The notes under the pieces were generated by a model, which saw nothing but the letters and a program-made list of their open reading frames with translations, was not told where the DNA came from and did not search any database. Source: Naegleria gruberi (taxonomy: Eukaryota). From it: a stretch of 64,000 nucleotides of DNA. Shown piece by piece: positions 10,645-22,900 of this stretch (the stretch's first letter is position 1; each line of letters begins with the position of its first letter). Position numbers and translations under genes: made by a program. Where the stretch lies: NCBI GenBank assembly GCA_000004985.1, contig GG738898.1, one strand, 5' to 3'.

Positions 10645-12012
10645 ATGACTACTTCCACCACTGTTCTTACATTAATGGAAGATATTTCCAATGATAATAC
10701 TGGTAGCAATGCTGCTGCTGCTCTTAGAAAGCAACCTGCTGTTAATGATGAATTGATTATGAAGAATGTTACTACTACTAGCAATAATAGTAACAAACTT
10801 ATTATCAAGGCAACTTATGAACCAACAGAGGAGTACTTGAGAAAGGTTAAATATGCTGATGAGAATCAACTCTTCCTTTCTGAGAAGGATACTCGTTTGG
10901 CTGTCAAGTCTATTAGAAATACCATCAAGAATGAAGAAGCTCGTTTGAGAAAGAGACATTCTTTCCTTCAATATCAAGATTTGTTAGGATTGACCATCTT
11001 TTTGACAAGTCTTTTGACTATTGTTGGTGTTTCTGCCTTGTATTTGAAGGGAAATCTTCATTGGGCTCTTGCTGTTCCTTTGCTTGCTCTTCCAATTTCT
11101 GTCTTGCATGAATTGGAGCATGATTTGATTCACAATTTGTACTTTAAGACTCACCAATGGGTTCAACATGTTATGTACTTTTTCATTTATCTTGCCAAAT
11201 GTCATGCTTTGCCATGGTACAGAAAGTATGTCCATCTTCGTCATCACGTAACTTCTGGTTCCAAGAGAGACTTTGAAGAAAGAGCTATTGGTGGCGGTTT
11301 GGAAGCTGGCTTTTTGAGATACTTGCTCACTACCAGTCCATGGGCTGTCTTTTTAGCAATTACAGATGTCAAGAGGGATAATCCACAAGATTTCAGTGTC
11401 TTTCTTGCTCTACTCACCAATGCACCTTCCATGATTGGTTTCACTGTTCTCTGGTTTGTATTCACTGCGTACTTGTTCATGTTTGGTGGTTTTACCTTCT
11501 TGTCCACCTACTTGCCAATTGCTTTCTGGCCTTTAGTTAGAGATTTGAGTGTTATTATTGTTTTACCAAATCTTGTTAGACAAACTTGTTTGAATTTGAT
11601 GGCCAGTTATTGTCACTATTATGGAGATGTTCCAGAAGGTGATGTTTTCTATCAAGGTTTGTATTCTTTTATTTTCATAACATTCCAATAACTTTTCATT
11701 ATTTACTTTATTCGAATCTAATTGTGAACAGGACAAGTTATTGATCACTGGTCCATGATTCCATTCCAATTATTCAGTTTCAACTTTGGATCCTCACACA
11801 TTATTCACCACTTTGTTCCAAATCAACCATTCTACATTCGTGAGGCAATCTCAAGAAAGGCCAATGCTGAAATGATTAAACAAGGTGTCAGAAATAATGA
11901 TTGGGGAATTGTTGCTCGTGCCAATCGTTTCCATGACAAATCCAAGCATTTGCTTGAAGCTGACAAGACTCAAGTGATCCCAGCTGATCAATGGGTCAAT
12001 TTGAAGTATTAA
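10645..12012 (+). CDS. membrane fatty-acid desaturase/hydroxylase superfamily protein (three His boxes); join(10645..11656,11732..12012)
   Basis: Exons join through a 75-bp intron (GTTTGT...TGAACAG, 11657..11731), phase-consistent. Product is about 430 aa with several TM helices and His boxes HELEHDLIH, HLRHH and HIIHH. Confidence 0.65.
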
Positions 12013-12334
12013 TTTCATCATTTGTATGATGTAATACTTCTTTTTTTTGTAATGGTTGTATTCATGTTAATTAGTTTTTGTAATAAATATTCAAACCATT
12101 AACAAAAAGCTTTAATTAAAACATACTTCTTCAAGATGGAACAAAAATGGAGAAAATAACAAAATCGGACCGATGATAAGGAAGGTCAAATTGCGAATGG
12201 ATTAAGTTCACAACCAGGAAATTCTGCTCTTTCAATTTACAATGATATTTCATTTGGAATTTCAATTAAACGCATCCATCCTTCGACCCAATAATTTGTG
12301 CATTGCCAAAATTATTTAAGAATTTGTTCCAAGA

Positions 12335-13111
12335 ATGCAATTTTCAAACATAAAGAAAATGCAAAACACAAGAACACTCTTACTGGGCAATAATGCTCCC
12401 ATTAGAAACAATTTACAGGCCAGATTAGGATCCTCTGCAATGGTTGCTGGAGAATCTGATGATTATGAACAAATAGTTAAATCTATTACGACAATAATTG
12501 TAACGAGTATTGAATTGAACACTCAGCACGAACAAGTACTGCAACTAATTCTCAACACGAGCACGAATCACTTATCAATCATTAGAATTGTGTCATTACA
12601 AGATTCGTTACTGACTAGATCAACCAATTCACTGGAGAAAATTCTAAGAAATGGTCAATTGAATGGATTGATGGATGTGATCACTATTCATGCTCCATTC
12701 TTCTATGAAGATCTGATCACTGACAGAGATTCATTCTTCATTAATGACATAAATACTACTTTGCATATTGTAAAATACTATGGAGATGGCGACATGAGAC
12801 TGCCAATCATTTCAAGAGGTGATTTGATTTCATACATTGAATGTTGTTTGGTGCTACTCAATGAAAATCATATTGCAACGACTGAGAAGAAACACTTGTA
12901 CATCAGAGGCGATCTCATTCGATTGGAATATATCATTGCAACTCTCTTTGGAAGAGGATTTCAATATGAAAATGTGAGTGGAAGACCAGGAGAGGAACGA
13001 CTTGCAGTGAAATGCTCTCGTCTTGTACAAAAGTATGAAAGTGTGCGAGTGGATAATCTCCTCTTTCCTTCAGTGCATCCATTGAGATGGATTGAATTTC
13101 TCTCTCACTAA
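12335..13111 (+). CDS. hypothetical protein (possible NAD(P)-binding Rossmann/NmrA-like fold)
   Basis: 258-aa ORF whose codon usage resembles neighbouring genes. A TLLLGNNAPIRNNLQARL segment near the N-terminus may be a degenerate nucleotide-binding loop. The true ATG may be at 12359. No strong motif. Confidence 0.4.
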   Translation: MQFSNIKKMQNTRTLLLGNNAPIRNNLQARLGSSAMVAGESDDYEQIVKSITTIIVTSIELNTQHEQVLQLILNTSTNHLSIIRIVSLQDSLLTRSTNSLEKILRNGQLNGLMDVITIHAPFFYEDLITDRDSFFINDINTTLHIVKYYGDGDMRLPIISRGDLISYIECCLVLLNENHIATTEKKHLYIRGDLIRLEYIIATLFGRGFQYENVSGRPGEERLAVKCSRLVQKYESVRVDNLLFPSVHPLRWIEFLSH

Positions 13112-13377
13112 TATTATAAATCCTAACTTGATATTCAACAATTTTTCATTCAATATATATTTCCACAAACTAATTGTTCCACCAATTCCAAATCCAAAAT
13201 TACTAGAAATACTATTATATTTTAAAGTATTATATTTAATTAGGTTACATTCGTTTAGATTTTTGTTGTTCTTTCACTTCCTCAACCTTATCATACCAAG
13301 CATCTACTCCATTACTCAAATCTTCGAGTTGATATGTTCTTCCAGGCTATTATTATGTGAATATTCCAATAAAACTA

Positions 13378-15160
13378 TTACAATATACTTACTGTTTGAA
13401 TGTGGAACTCTCTCGAATTTTTCTTAACAACATATAATTCATTACTCCATGGTATGATACCCTTTACAATCATCTTTTCTGGGTCAATATAGAGGATACG
13501 AGGTTTATCCGTCAGTATGAGTTGTCTCTTCTTGGCAGTGAATCTTCTTCTCTTAATGACCAATGCAGTATAGACAACATTTTCATTCTTCATCAAGAAT
13601 TTACTCCATCTATCATTTAAAGAGACTGTCAAATCACTACTAGAAGCTCCCGATATTGTGCTTCTCAAATTTCCATCCAGAACAATGCCAGAAGTAGTTG
13701 GTGAAGGAGAAGATGAAGATGCAGTGCTCACTGAAGAGCGGAAATTTCTTACATTGGTATCAATACTGTCATTTGAGACATGAGATCCATTGATAAATGA
13801 AAGATTAGGACCTGCATATCTTTCATTAATGAGTGGTGGAACCATTTGTTGGAGAACATCAAAATTAATTCCCTCAAAGAATGGATGTTGTTTGAGAGAG
13901 CTCATTCCTCCTCTTTGTCTACTTCCTAATCTATTTTCTGCTTCAAATGCACAAACTTGTCTTATAAAATCAACTGCAACTGGATCCAAATCTTCTTCAT
14001 CGTCAATTATCAATCCTTCTCTTTCTATTGCTGTAATCTTTTGGAAAATTAAATATTGTGACTCTCCATCGAATAATTGTTTACCAGTCAAAAAATTATA
14101 TAAAATACAGCCAAGTGCCCAAATATCTGAACTTTCAGATTGTGGCAAATCTTTAAGAATTTCTGGAGAAACATAGTGAGCTGTACCAACAAAAGTACCT
14201 TTCACATAAAGAACTGGTTCTTCAAATTCTTCGCCATCAGATGTTAGTGGTTTTGTCAACTTTAAAATCTTGGCAGTACCAAAATCTGTTATTTTCAAAT
14301 GTAAATCTTCACTCAAAATTAAATTTTCCGGCTAGTTTTCAACAATTGCATATTAGAATCAATATACGAAACTAGAAGAAACCTACTTTTAAATCTCTGT
14401 GCAATATATTCTTCGAGTGTATATGTTCAAGACCCATTATCAATTCGGCCATATAGAATCGTGAAGCATCTAACGAAAGTGGTCCATACTTTTCTATTAT
14501 TCCTGCTAATTCGCCTCCAGGAGCCAATTCCAACACAAAATCTGTTTTTTTCAAAGTATGACGTTAAGTTATATATTTAATTTATATATGATGATATGAT
14601 GATGAACGTAATAATTATTATAATATTAAAGAGTATTATATAGTATTATATTGTAATAAAAATCAAAAAGTTGTTATAATGTTGATGATGATGATGAAAA
14701 TATTCATATTTGGTTATTCCATCATCCACGCAAAAACAAAAAATCATATATAATAGTTTTTTGATCGGTATTATAAACATGTATATTCATCCGCCAGAGT
14801 TTCATCATTACCATCATCATCATTAAAATTATTAAATAATATATTAAATAATATATTAAATATTAAATATATGAATAAATATCACAAAGCCTTTGAAAAA
14901 AACAACAACCTACACAAATGATCCTTATCCTGATAGGTACAAAACAATGAAATTATATTCGGATGACTCAACATGTTGAGAACTTCCTTCTCCATCTTGA
15001 CCGTATTGATTTTCTTCTCCTTAATGACGAAATCCTTCTTGATGACTTTTGTGGCGTAGTGTGTGCCGGATTTCTTGTATTTGGTTAGGAAAACTTCGCT
15101 GTAGGCTCCCTTGCCGAGTTGTTTGAGAAAGTCAAAGTCTTCTCGTGTGTATTTGGACAT
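13378..15160 (-). CDS. pdk1: 3-phosphoinositide-dependent protein kinase 1 (PDK1) homolog, kinase plus C-terminal PH domain; complement(join(13378..14331,14387..14541,14914..15160))
   Basis: ATG at 15158..15160 in an aaaaaaaaaaATG context. Motifs are MSKYTREDFDFLKQLGKGAYSEVF (Gly loop), HRDLKPEN (restored by splicing), DFGTAK, HYVSPEIL and a PDK1-type PH domain (DKPRILYIDPEKMIVKGIIPW). Introns are 14542..14913 (372 bp, GTAGGT...CAG) and 14332..14386 (55 bp, GTAGGT...CTAG). Total 1356 nt, in frame. Confidence 0.8.
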
Positions 15161-15873
15161 TTTTTTTTTTGTGTTATTGCTTAAATGTTGCCGTTGTGAA
15201 GTTGGACGAAAGTGGACGAATTTTTCTAGAGTGGACTTTTTGGGTTTTTGACAAGTTGAATTACGAGAATGTTTTCTTATCTTGGAAATATAGGAAAGGA
15301 GTGTTTCGGAAGAGAATGATAGATCTGGTTGAATGTAGTTCCAAAGCATTTCCACAAAAGTTTATTCGAAACTATAGAAAATATTAAAAATATCAACAGA
15401 TCTATTGTTTTTATGCAAAATGATACATCTATATCTTTGCAGAAATTGGATTTTCAATTTAAAACCTAACAAACTTTCATTCTTTTCCTCAATTTTTGTT
15501 TTAAAAAGAGTTTCGTATCTCTATTGAGCTCCTTAGTGAACAAGAAATTTAAATCTCTTTTGTATAAACATTACCATTGATGTTTCTTCCATAAAATTGC
15601 ATTTGACAGAGTCCATATTTTGATTTTGCTTTACAATTCAAAAACTTGCAAGACCAATAAATCTCTCAAAGATGTTGATTTACTATTTTTAGCTCGCAAA
15701 TTGAAAAAAAAAGTTTAAACGTTCATTGACAATTTTTCTCTCCATGGAATTTATTCAATCTTCTTCTTGTAAATAATAGAACACACATCAGCAATATATT
15801 AAAACAACGACAACAAATATTTGTAGTAGTAACTTTATATTAGTAATTATTAATTTATTAATCGTCTGAGAAA

Positions 15874-16470
15874 ATGATTGGAAAGTTGTTAATGAAAAAG
15901 CAGAGTAGAACCAATTTACTGGATAATTCATCATCACCCTCTAGTAATACTGTTATTCATTCTAATCCTTCGTCACCTTCATTAGATCTTCATTCTAATT
16001 CTTTTCATCACCATCAACAGGAAGCAGCAACATTTGTCAATTTGGTGGTGGATCAGAGTAAGGATTCATCTTCTCTAGAAAAGCAAAAGCGAATAGAAAA
16101 GCTCAAGATACAATATCCCAAATTGTTTGAGGAGGTTTTTGAGGAGGAAGATGAGGCTGACATTTGTCCAATTTGTTTGGAGTTGTATACGAGGGATAAT
16201 CCTCAGATATTGTGCAAGTGCTCTCATGGATTTCATTTTCAATGTAGTGAGGAGTGGAAACAACGTTCGAATGAATGTCCTGTTTGTTTCAGAAAGTTGA
16301 TTTACATGTATGAGGATGAAGAGTTGCCACCAGTTGAAAAGAATCGAAATGAAAAGAAGCAAAACCCAACAATCATGATGAGGGAACCTCTCTATTATAG
16401 TGAAGATAGACCAAGAAGAGGATTCTTTGGAACTATACTTTCAAAGTATGTAATAATTGTCAGTGATTGA
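15874..16470 (+). CDS. RING-H2 finger protein (putative E3 ubiquitin ligase)
   Basis: ATG in aaaATG context. C3H2C3 pattern CPICLELYTRDNPQILCKCSHGFHFQCSEEWKQRSNECPVC. Ser/His-rich N-terminus. Confidence 0.75.
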   Translation: MIGKLLMKKQSRTNLLDNSSSPSSNTVIHSNPSSPSLDLHSNSFHHHQQEAATFVNLVVDQSKDSSSLEKQKRIEKLKIQYPKLFEEVFEEEDEADICPICLELYTRDNPQILCKCSHGFHFQCSEEWKQRSNECPVCFRKLIYMYEDEELPPVEKNRNEKKQNPTIMMREPLYYSEDRPRRGFFGTILSKYVIIVSD

Positions 16471-17063
16471 AATTTACATTTTTCTGTTGTTTAGATTATG
16501 TTGCTGTTGCTTTTAATTATGCGAGCTCAATATGTATTATTGAGATATTAACCTATTTCTATTTATTGTTCATTTCAAACTATTGCAATTTAACACTATG
16601 GATATTATAAGGATTGTGGGCACTTTTCAAATTACTATTATTTTTCAGTATTAATATTGCTTGGCCTTCTGTATTCCTTCTGAAAATTTTTAAATTGTTT
16701 CCAAACACCACAATCTTCTGAATGTTGTTCATTTTCATTGTTCATAAACTTTGGTTTGTAATCCTTGACGATTCTTTCAACATCGTAATTCTTGTATACG
16801 TACAAGCCACTTGCAAATCCAGCAAGAAAGCACCACATTTTATTCTATTCAATTGATTTATTAAGGAGGTATTTTTTTGTGAATTACATTGCTACTTGAC
16901 AGATTAACTATTTATACTTTCTGTAATCTTTGAAAATGATTGAATTATAGGATTGTGAATTTTTGATAGAGGTCAATCTGAAACACGTGTTCTGTTTGGA
17001 ATCATAAATAGAAGCGCACATTAAGCAAACTGTGTTGGAAAATTGAATCAAATTGATAGGTCC

Positions 17064-17546
17064 TTATTCATTCTTTAAGAGTTTATGAATGTGTTGTTGT
17101 AAGGTTACAATATCCTGAGTCAATTCATCAATTCCATCCTTTGCATTGGTTCTGGAATTATCATCATCTGATTGTTTGCTATAATCACCATTTTTAATCT
17201 GATCAATTTCACTTGTTGTAGCAACCTTTCTAATACCTGAATGATATTCCAAATCTCTTTGTAACAATTCAATAGTGTGATCCTTTTTGAGTAATTCAAT
17301 TTCATGTTGATGGTGCACTTGGAGAAGATGAATTTCAAACTCCCTTTGGAGTAGCACAATCTGATGATGAGCATTTTCCAATTGCTTTCTTAATTCACTG
17401 ATAAGAAGTGAATTATCAGCCAATGAATCATTCAATAATTCAATTGAAGATACCGATGATTGCATTCCCATCATAGGATAATTTTCCTTAATGGAAAAAC
17501 AGCAGTTAGTTAGAGTTTCATCTTGCTCTTTTGTTTCAACGATCAT
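17064..17546 (-). CDS. small coiled-coil protein
   Basis: 160-aa ORF with ATG at 17544..17546. It has heptad-like Leu/Glu/Gln periodicity (LRKQLENAHHQIVLLQREFEIHLLQVHHQHEIELLKKDH). Confidence 0.4.
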   Translation of the reverse strand: MIVETKEQDETLTNCCFSIKENYPMMGMQSSVSSIELLNDSLADNSLLISELRKQLENAHHQIVLLQREFEIHLLQVHHQHEIELLKKDHTIELLQRDLEYHSGIRKVATTSEIDQIKNGDYSKQSDDDNSRTNAKDGIDELTQDIVTLQQHIHKLLKNE

Positions 17547-17881
17547 TTTTGTGAGTTTCTTTAAGGTTAATTGAGGATATTTTTTAAATATGAAAATTCT
17601 TCAACAGCTCTTTCACACTGTAATACATCTTATCGGCATGTATCTCTTTAAGAATTGAATTAATTGCTGTTATTTGGTGGAAACTAAAGCTCTATTATTT
17701 ATTTGGCAACGTAAATCACATGGTTTTACAATCAAACACAATATATACAATAAGCAAATACTACTTACCTTTTCAATGTAATGAATTGTTCAAGCATAAC
17801 CAGAATAATGCTCGATTTCAATTATTTCATCAAAGAATCCTTCCCAACTAACCGTTACTCAAACTTAAAATTTGAAAAAAA

Positions 17882-19868
17882 ATGCCGCCAAAAAAAAGTA
17901 AATCTGTTGCTGTTGTTGATAATGAAAATTCTTCATCACCAACCAAGAGAGTTTCCTGTGCAAAGAGTTTTCTTTTTTCTCATGATGAGAGAGGACACAT
18001 CTGGAGGAATTTAATCAATTGGTACGATAATAATAAGAAGGATTTACCTTGGAGAAAAACAATTAAAAGTGCCGATGATGAAGATGATGATGTAAAGGCT
18101 ACGGAAGAACTTCATCAGAGAGCCTATGAAGTGCTGGTGAGTGAGATTATGTTGCAGCAAACTCAGGTAGAAACAGTCAAGACTTACTTTCTCAAGTGGA
18201 TGAAAAGATTTCCGACAGTTAAGGATTTGGCTGATGCTACTGTTGATGATGCTGTTGGAATTTGGAGTGGTCTTGGTAAGTTTTATTCAATGATTTATCA
18301 ATATTAATTTGAATATATATTTAACTATTTAATTATTGCCAATAATATTAAATATATTAAAATTGAAACTCTTTGGAAAATTAATTTATATTAATATTAA
18401 TATTATAATAGGATATTACAGAAGAGCCAGATATTTGTACAATGCTGCAAAGTATATAGTGGAAAAGATTAACAAACCAATTAAAAACGAGGAAATAATA
18501 TCCGATGATGAAGATGATGATGAGGAAAAGAAACGAATCATTTACAAATTACCAGACAATGTGAAGGATTTAATGCAATTACCAGGTGTTGGAAGGTATA
18601 CTGCTGGAGCTATCGCTTCCATTGCATTTTCAAGGACTGCCTCTGTGGTGGATGGTAATGTTTTTCGTGTATTTGCCAGATTAAAGAGGATTGAGGAAGA
18701 TATTGCAGTTAACAAGACAGCCAATACTGTATTTTGGCCAATGGCAGACAATTTAATTCAACACTATAGAGATATTGAAGATACAGTGCTGGAGAAGGAA
18801 GATTTGGAACTCAAACATAGATACAATGTGACTGGAGATTTTAATCAGGCTGTTATGGAGCTGGGAAGAACAGTATGCATTCCAAGAAATCCTAAATGTA
18901 CAGAATGTCCTCTTGCTGAGGTTTGTGAGGCAAATAAGGCATTGGAAAAGGAGGAAATTGCCACTGTTGAAATTTATCCAGTGAAAAACAAAAAGACCAA
19001 AAAGAGAACTCAAGTTGTTTCATGTTGCATTTTCTATAAGGAGGGAGATGTTGATAGTTGCCTCTTTGAAAAACGACCAAAGGAGACTCTATTGGGTGGA
19101 ACGTGGCATTTTCCATTTGTTATCATTCAAGATACCAAAGCAGAGGAAGAAGAAAATGAAGAAGATAGTGAGGATGAAGAGGGATCTAAAAAGAAGAAAC
19201 CAAAAAAGCAAGCCAAAAAGACTAAGGCAACAACAAAAGCAGCAGCCTCCTCATCTGAATCAGAACATTTTATCAAACTGAAAGAATTTCTTGTGAAGGA
19301 GGGATTTGTTCAAGACAAGTCGATACCTTTCGAATATCATGCCAGTGTGGATCATGTATTTACTCATATCAATCAGACAAATCATATTTACAGTTGCAGT
19401 GACAAGTATCTGATAAAGGATTTGGAAGATTCAAACAGTGAAGAAGATCAATGGAAGTGGTTTGCAAACTCACAAAGAAAGAGCCAAGGTATTTCAACTG
19501 TTGCCTCAAAGATTTTCAAACAATTCAAAAAGACTTTCAAGAATCAAGATGCTTCACCAATCACTCCTCCAAAGGTCAGATTCAAGACTAAATCTCCATT
19601 CAAATCAACAAGTGCAGAGACAAAGGAAGAAAATTCAGAATCATCTAGTTCTGATGAAGAAGTAATGAAGGATGATGAAGTTGTGAGGATAAGTAAACAG
19701 GAAGTAAAAGAGAAAGTCAAAGATGAAATTAAGCAAGTCAAGATGGAAACTAGACTGTCCAAAAGAGTTGCTAAAAGAACAAGTGAAGAATCAGCCAATC
19801 AATCTGCCAATGAAACACCATCTAAGAAGAAGAAACAAACCAGCATTTCTTCATTTTTCAAGAAATAG
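17882..19868 (+). CDS. mutyh: MutY/MUTYH adenine DNA glycosylase homolog with Lys/Ser-rich C-terminal tail; join(17882..18275,18412..19868)
   Basis: Exon 1 ends ...VGIWSGLG. After a 136-bp, ~90% AT intron (GTAAGT...AATAG, 18276..18411) exon 2 continues YYRRARYLYNAAKY, restoring the MutY W-GLGYY-RAR motif. Downstream are a HhH-GPD block (LMQLPGVGRYTAGAIASIAF), a Cys cluster (CIPRNPKCTECPLAEVC) and a NUDIX-like MutY C-terminal domain. Total 1851 nt, in frame. Confidence 0.85.
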
Positions 19869-19937
19869 TAACTAGTGAATGTAAATAAACCCTTAATTTA
19901 TTTCTTAAAGGTTTTTTTTAATTCAGAATTTAATCTT

Positions 19938-22900
19938 CTAATGATGATTTGGATCAAAAACGATTGGACCAATACAATTGACAAGATTTTGGTAATTAGG
20001 ATCACGAGTATTGTTTGCATGACTTGCACTGGCCTTTTTCTTTTCACAGGCCTTTCCCAACATCATCATTAAAAGTTCCTTTGAAAGATCTTCATCAGAT
20101 TCATCATCTGGAGCAATCATTTCGAATACTCTTTCCATAATGGAAGGATACAAACGTAAAAGATCGTATGAATCTACAGAATGACCGTACATGGCCTCAT
20201 CGAATGGTTCTCCTTCTCCATAACTGTCACAATCAGGAGCAACAAAGCATAATGGTAAGACACTTTCAATAAATCTCAAAATACAATGTTGATGACTTGT
20301 AAGACCAGTAATTTGCCATGTTGGATGTAATTCATCATCTTTTTCTTGGTCATATCTTTGAGAAGATAATTCTGCTTGTCTCTTTCTTGCATCCTCCTCT
20401 TCAGTTTCATTAAAGAGTTTTTTCACACGATTGGCTTCAGATCTTTCAATTTTAGAAATTATCAATTTGACACAAGTATCATGGAAAATGTAGAGGAATC
20501 TCTTGTGTTTTCTTTCAGATGAAGGAATGGACTTGATCTCAGGGAGATGTTGATACAATGCTTGTTCAGTCATTTTAAAAACACCCAATGCTTTCATAAA
20601 AGATTTCTCATTAACCTCTTGCATTTGCTTCTTTGTGAGCTTGGTAACTCCTTCAATGTAGAGAATTGGAAGATCATTTTGAGGAGCACACTTGCAAATT
20701 CTATCAGAATGTCCAGTACAGCATTTTCTATAAAGATCATGAAGGGACATGTCCGACAAGTGAAGGAATTTACAATTCTTTCCATTACCACATGATTGAA
20801 TAGAACTGTGCTTCATGCAAACCTCGGTCTTTTTTTGAGGAGCTTGAGGTTCAGGAATAATTTCTACAACTTCCTTCTTTTTGCTCTTTGGTGTGGTGAG
20901 TGGAGGAAATTCGTCAGGATGTTCCTGTTGATACTTGATATAGAATGATCTGTCGTGTGAGTATGGGCAAATTCCAGATCCAAATTTACACTTTCCTTTA
21001 AAGTGATCTCTACAAGGTTTGTTATAACCCTCCTCTTTAGCTTCAGTTTTAGTTTTGGTTTCAACCTTTTCCACTTTCTCAGGTTCAGGTTTTTCCTTCT
21101 CTTCCTTTTTAGGTTGTGGTGTTGGTTCATTCTTCTTCTTGTTCTTATTTTTCTTGGAATTTTTGGAAGAAACTGGTTGTGTTTGGGTTTGTTTTTTGGT
21201 AGTCTTTTCACTTGATTGAATTTCTGCAGGAACACTCTCAAGCACACTGAAAGAGTTTGATGAAGATGCTAATGGTATCTTGTCTGGAATTTCCTCGAGG
21301 ACTTTCTTCTTCTTACCAGAAGATGAGGTTGTAAACGAATTATTTTTGGATTTGGAAGAAGTGTCCAAATTTCTCAAATATTCCAACTCAAATTCTCTTT
21401 GAAGCTTTTTAGCCAACTCTTCATCAAGTTTCTCTTGTTCACTCTTTTCCTCCTTCTCTAGTTTTGGTGTTTCCACGAGCGGCTTTACTTCCTGGGCAGC
21501 TTTGGCTTTATCATTCTTTTTCTTGGATTTGGATTTTTGTGAAACTGGTTGTGGCTCTGGTTTTTTCTTGGCTGACTCCTTATTCTTATCACTAGGTGTT
21601 GTAGAATTGATTTCAGGGGTGCTGACTACTGTTNNNNNNNNNNNNNNNNNNNNNNNNNNNNNNNNNNNNNNNNNNNNNNNNNNNNNNNNNNNNNNNNNNN
21701 NNNNNNNNNNNNNNNNNNNNNNNNNNNNNNNNNNNNNNNNNNNNNNNNNNNNNNNNNNNNNNNNNNNNNNNNNNNNNNNNNNNNNNNNNNNNNNNNNNNN
21801 NNNNNNNNNNNNNNNNNNNNNNNNNNNNNNNNNNNNNNNNNNNNNNNNNNNNNNNNNNNNNNNNNNNNNNNNNNNNNNNNNNNNNNNNNNNNNNNNNNNN
21901 NNNNNNNNNNNNNNNNNNNNNNNNNNNNNNNNNNNNNNNNNNNNNNNNNNNNNNNNNNNNNNNNNNNNNNNNNNNNNNNNNNNNNNNNNNNNNNNNNNNN
22001 NNNNNNNNNNNNNNNNNNNNNNNNNNNNNNNNNNNNNNNNNNNNNNNNNNNNNNNNNNNNNNNNNNNNNNNNNNNNNNNNNNNNNNNNNNNNNNNNNNNN
22101 NNNNNNNNNNNNNNNNNNNNNNNNNNNNNNNNNNNNNNNNNNNNNNNNNNNNNNNNNNNNNNNNNNNNNNNNNNNNNNNNNNNNNNNNNNNNNNNNNNNN
22201 NNNNNNNNNNNNNNNNNNNNNNNNNNNNNNNNNNNNNNNNNNNNNNNNNNNNNNNNNNNNNNNNNNATTAAAAGTTGTCCTCCATTTGGGTTATTGTTCA
22301 TTAAACCACCACTAGCCGAGTTACTCACTCCAAGACCATTGTTGCCTGTTGTATTAAATCCAACAAGATTATTTCCACCACCAATATTATTATTCCATCC
22401 AAGAGCACTATTTGTATTGCCCATAGATAGATTTAGATTATTAAATTGTTGTTGTTGCTGTTGTTGAAAGGCTCTATTTCCAAAATCATTGTGAAATGAT
22501 GATAACAGGGAGCTAGAAGGATTGTTCAAATTATTGACCAATCCGCCATGTAAACCACTACTTCCACCAGTGTTTAAATTACCAGTCAGGCCATTATTAA
22601 AGGAGTTGTTACCCAAATTATTATTCACAAGGCCATTGTTGACCATATTTCCCATGGGAGGAGCATTCATTACATGATTCCTTGTGCCAATAGGTTCTGT
22701 TGTAGAGGAACCCAACAAGGACAATCCAAATGGATTTGAATTTGTATTTGTCAAATTACTATTGGATAAATTATTATTATTTCGTAAGAGATTGCTTGCT
22801 AAATTGTTATTATTACTCGGAGAATGAGAGAATAACTTGTTATTTCCCAATAATTGAAAGCCATCATTATGTGGATTATTCGTTGATATTGGTTGTTGTT

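Noticed and set aside
10135-10808. ORFs 10135..10359 and 10413..10808 in the divergent promoter and overlapping the desaturase gene start
   Set aside because: No ATG context and a junk-like translation, and 10413..10808 overlaps the desaturase gene antisense. The region is better explained as promoter or 5' leader.
15161-15355. In-frame N-terminal extension of PDK1 back to an ATG at 15355
   Set aside because: The ATG at 15160 has the characteristic long A-run context and starts exactly at the conserved kinase N-terminus. The upstream stretch has no conserved features and is treated as 5' leader, though it cannot be excluded.
16638-16838. 66-aa minus-strand ORF with a hydrophobic N-terminus
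   Set aside because: Too short to call without a motif or expression evidence. Could be a small membrane protein but is unsupported.
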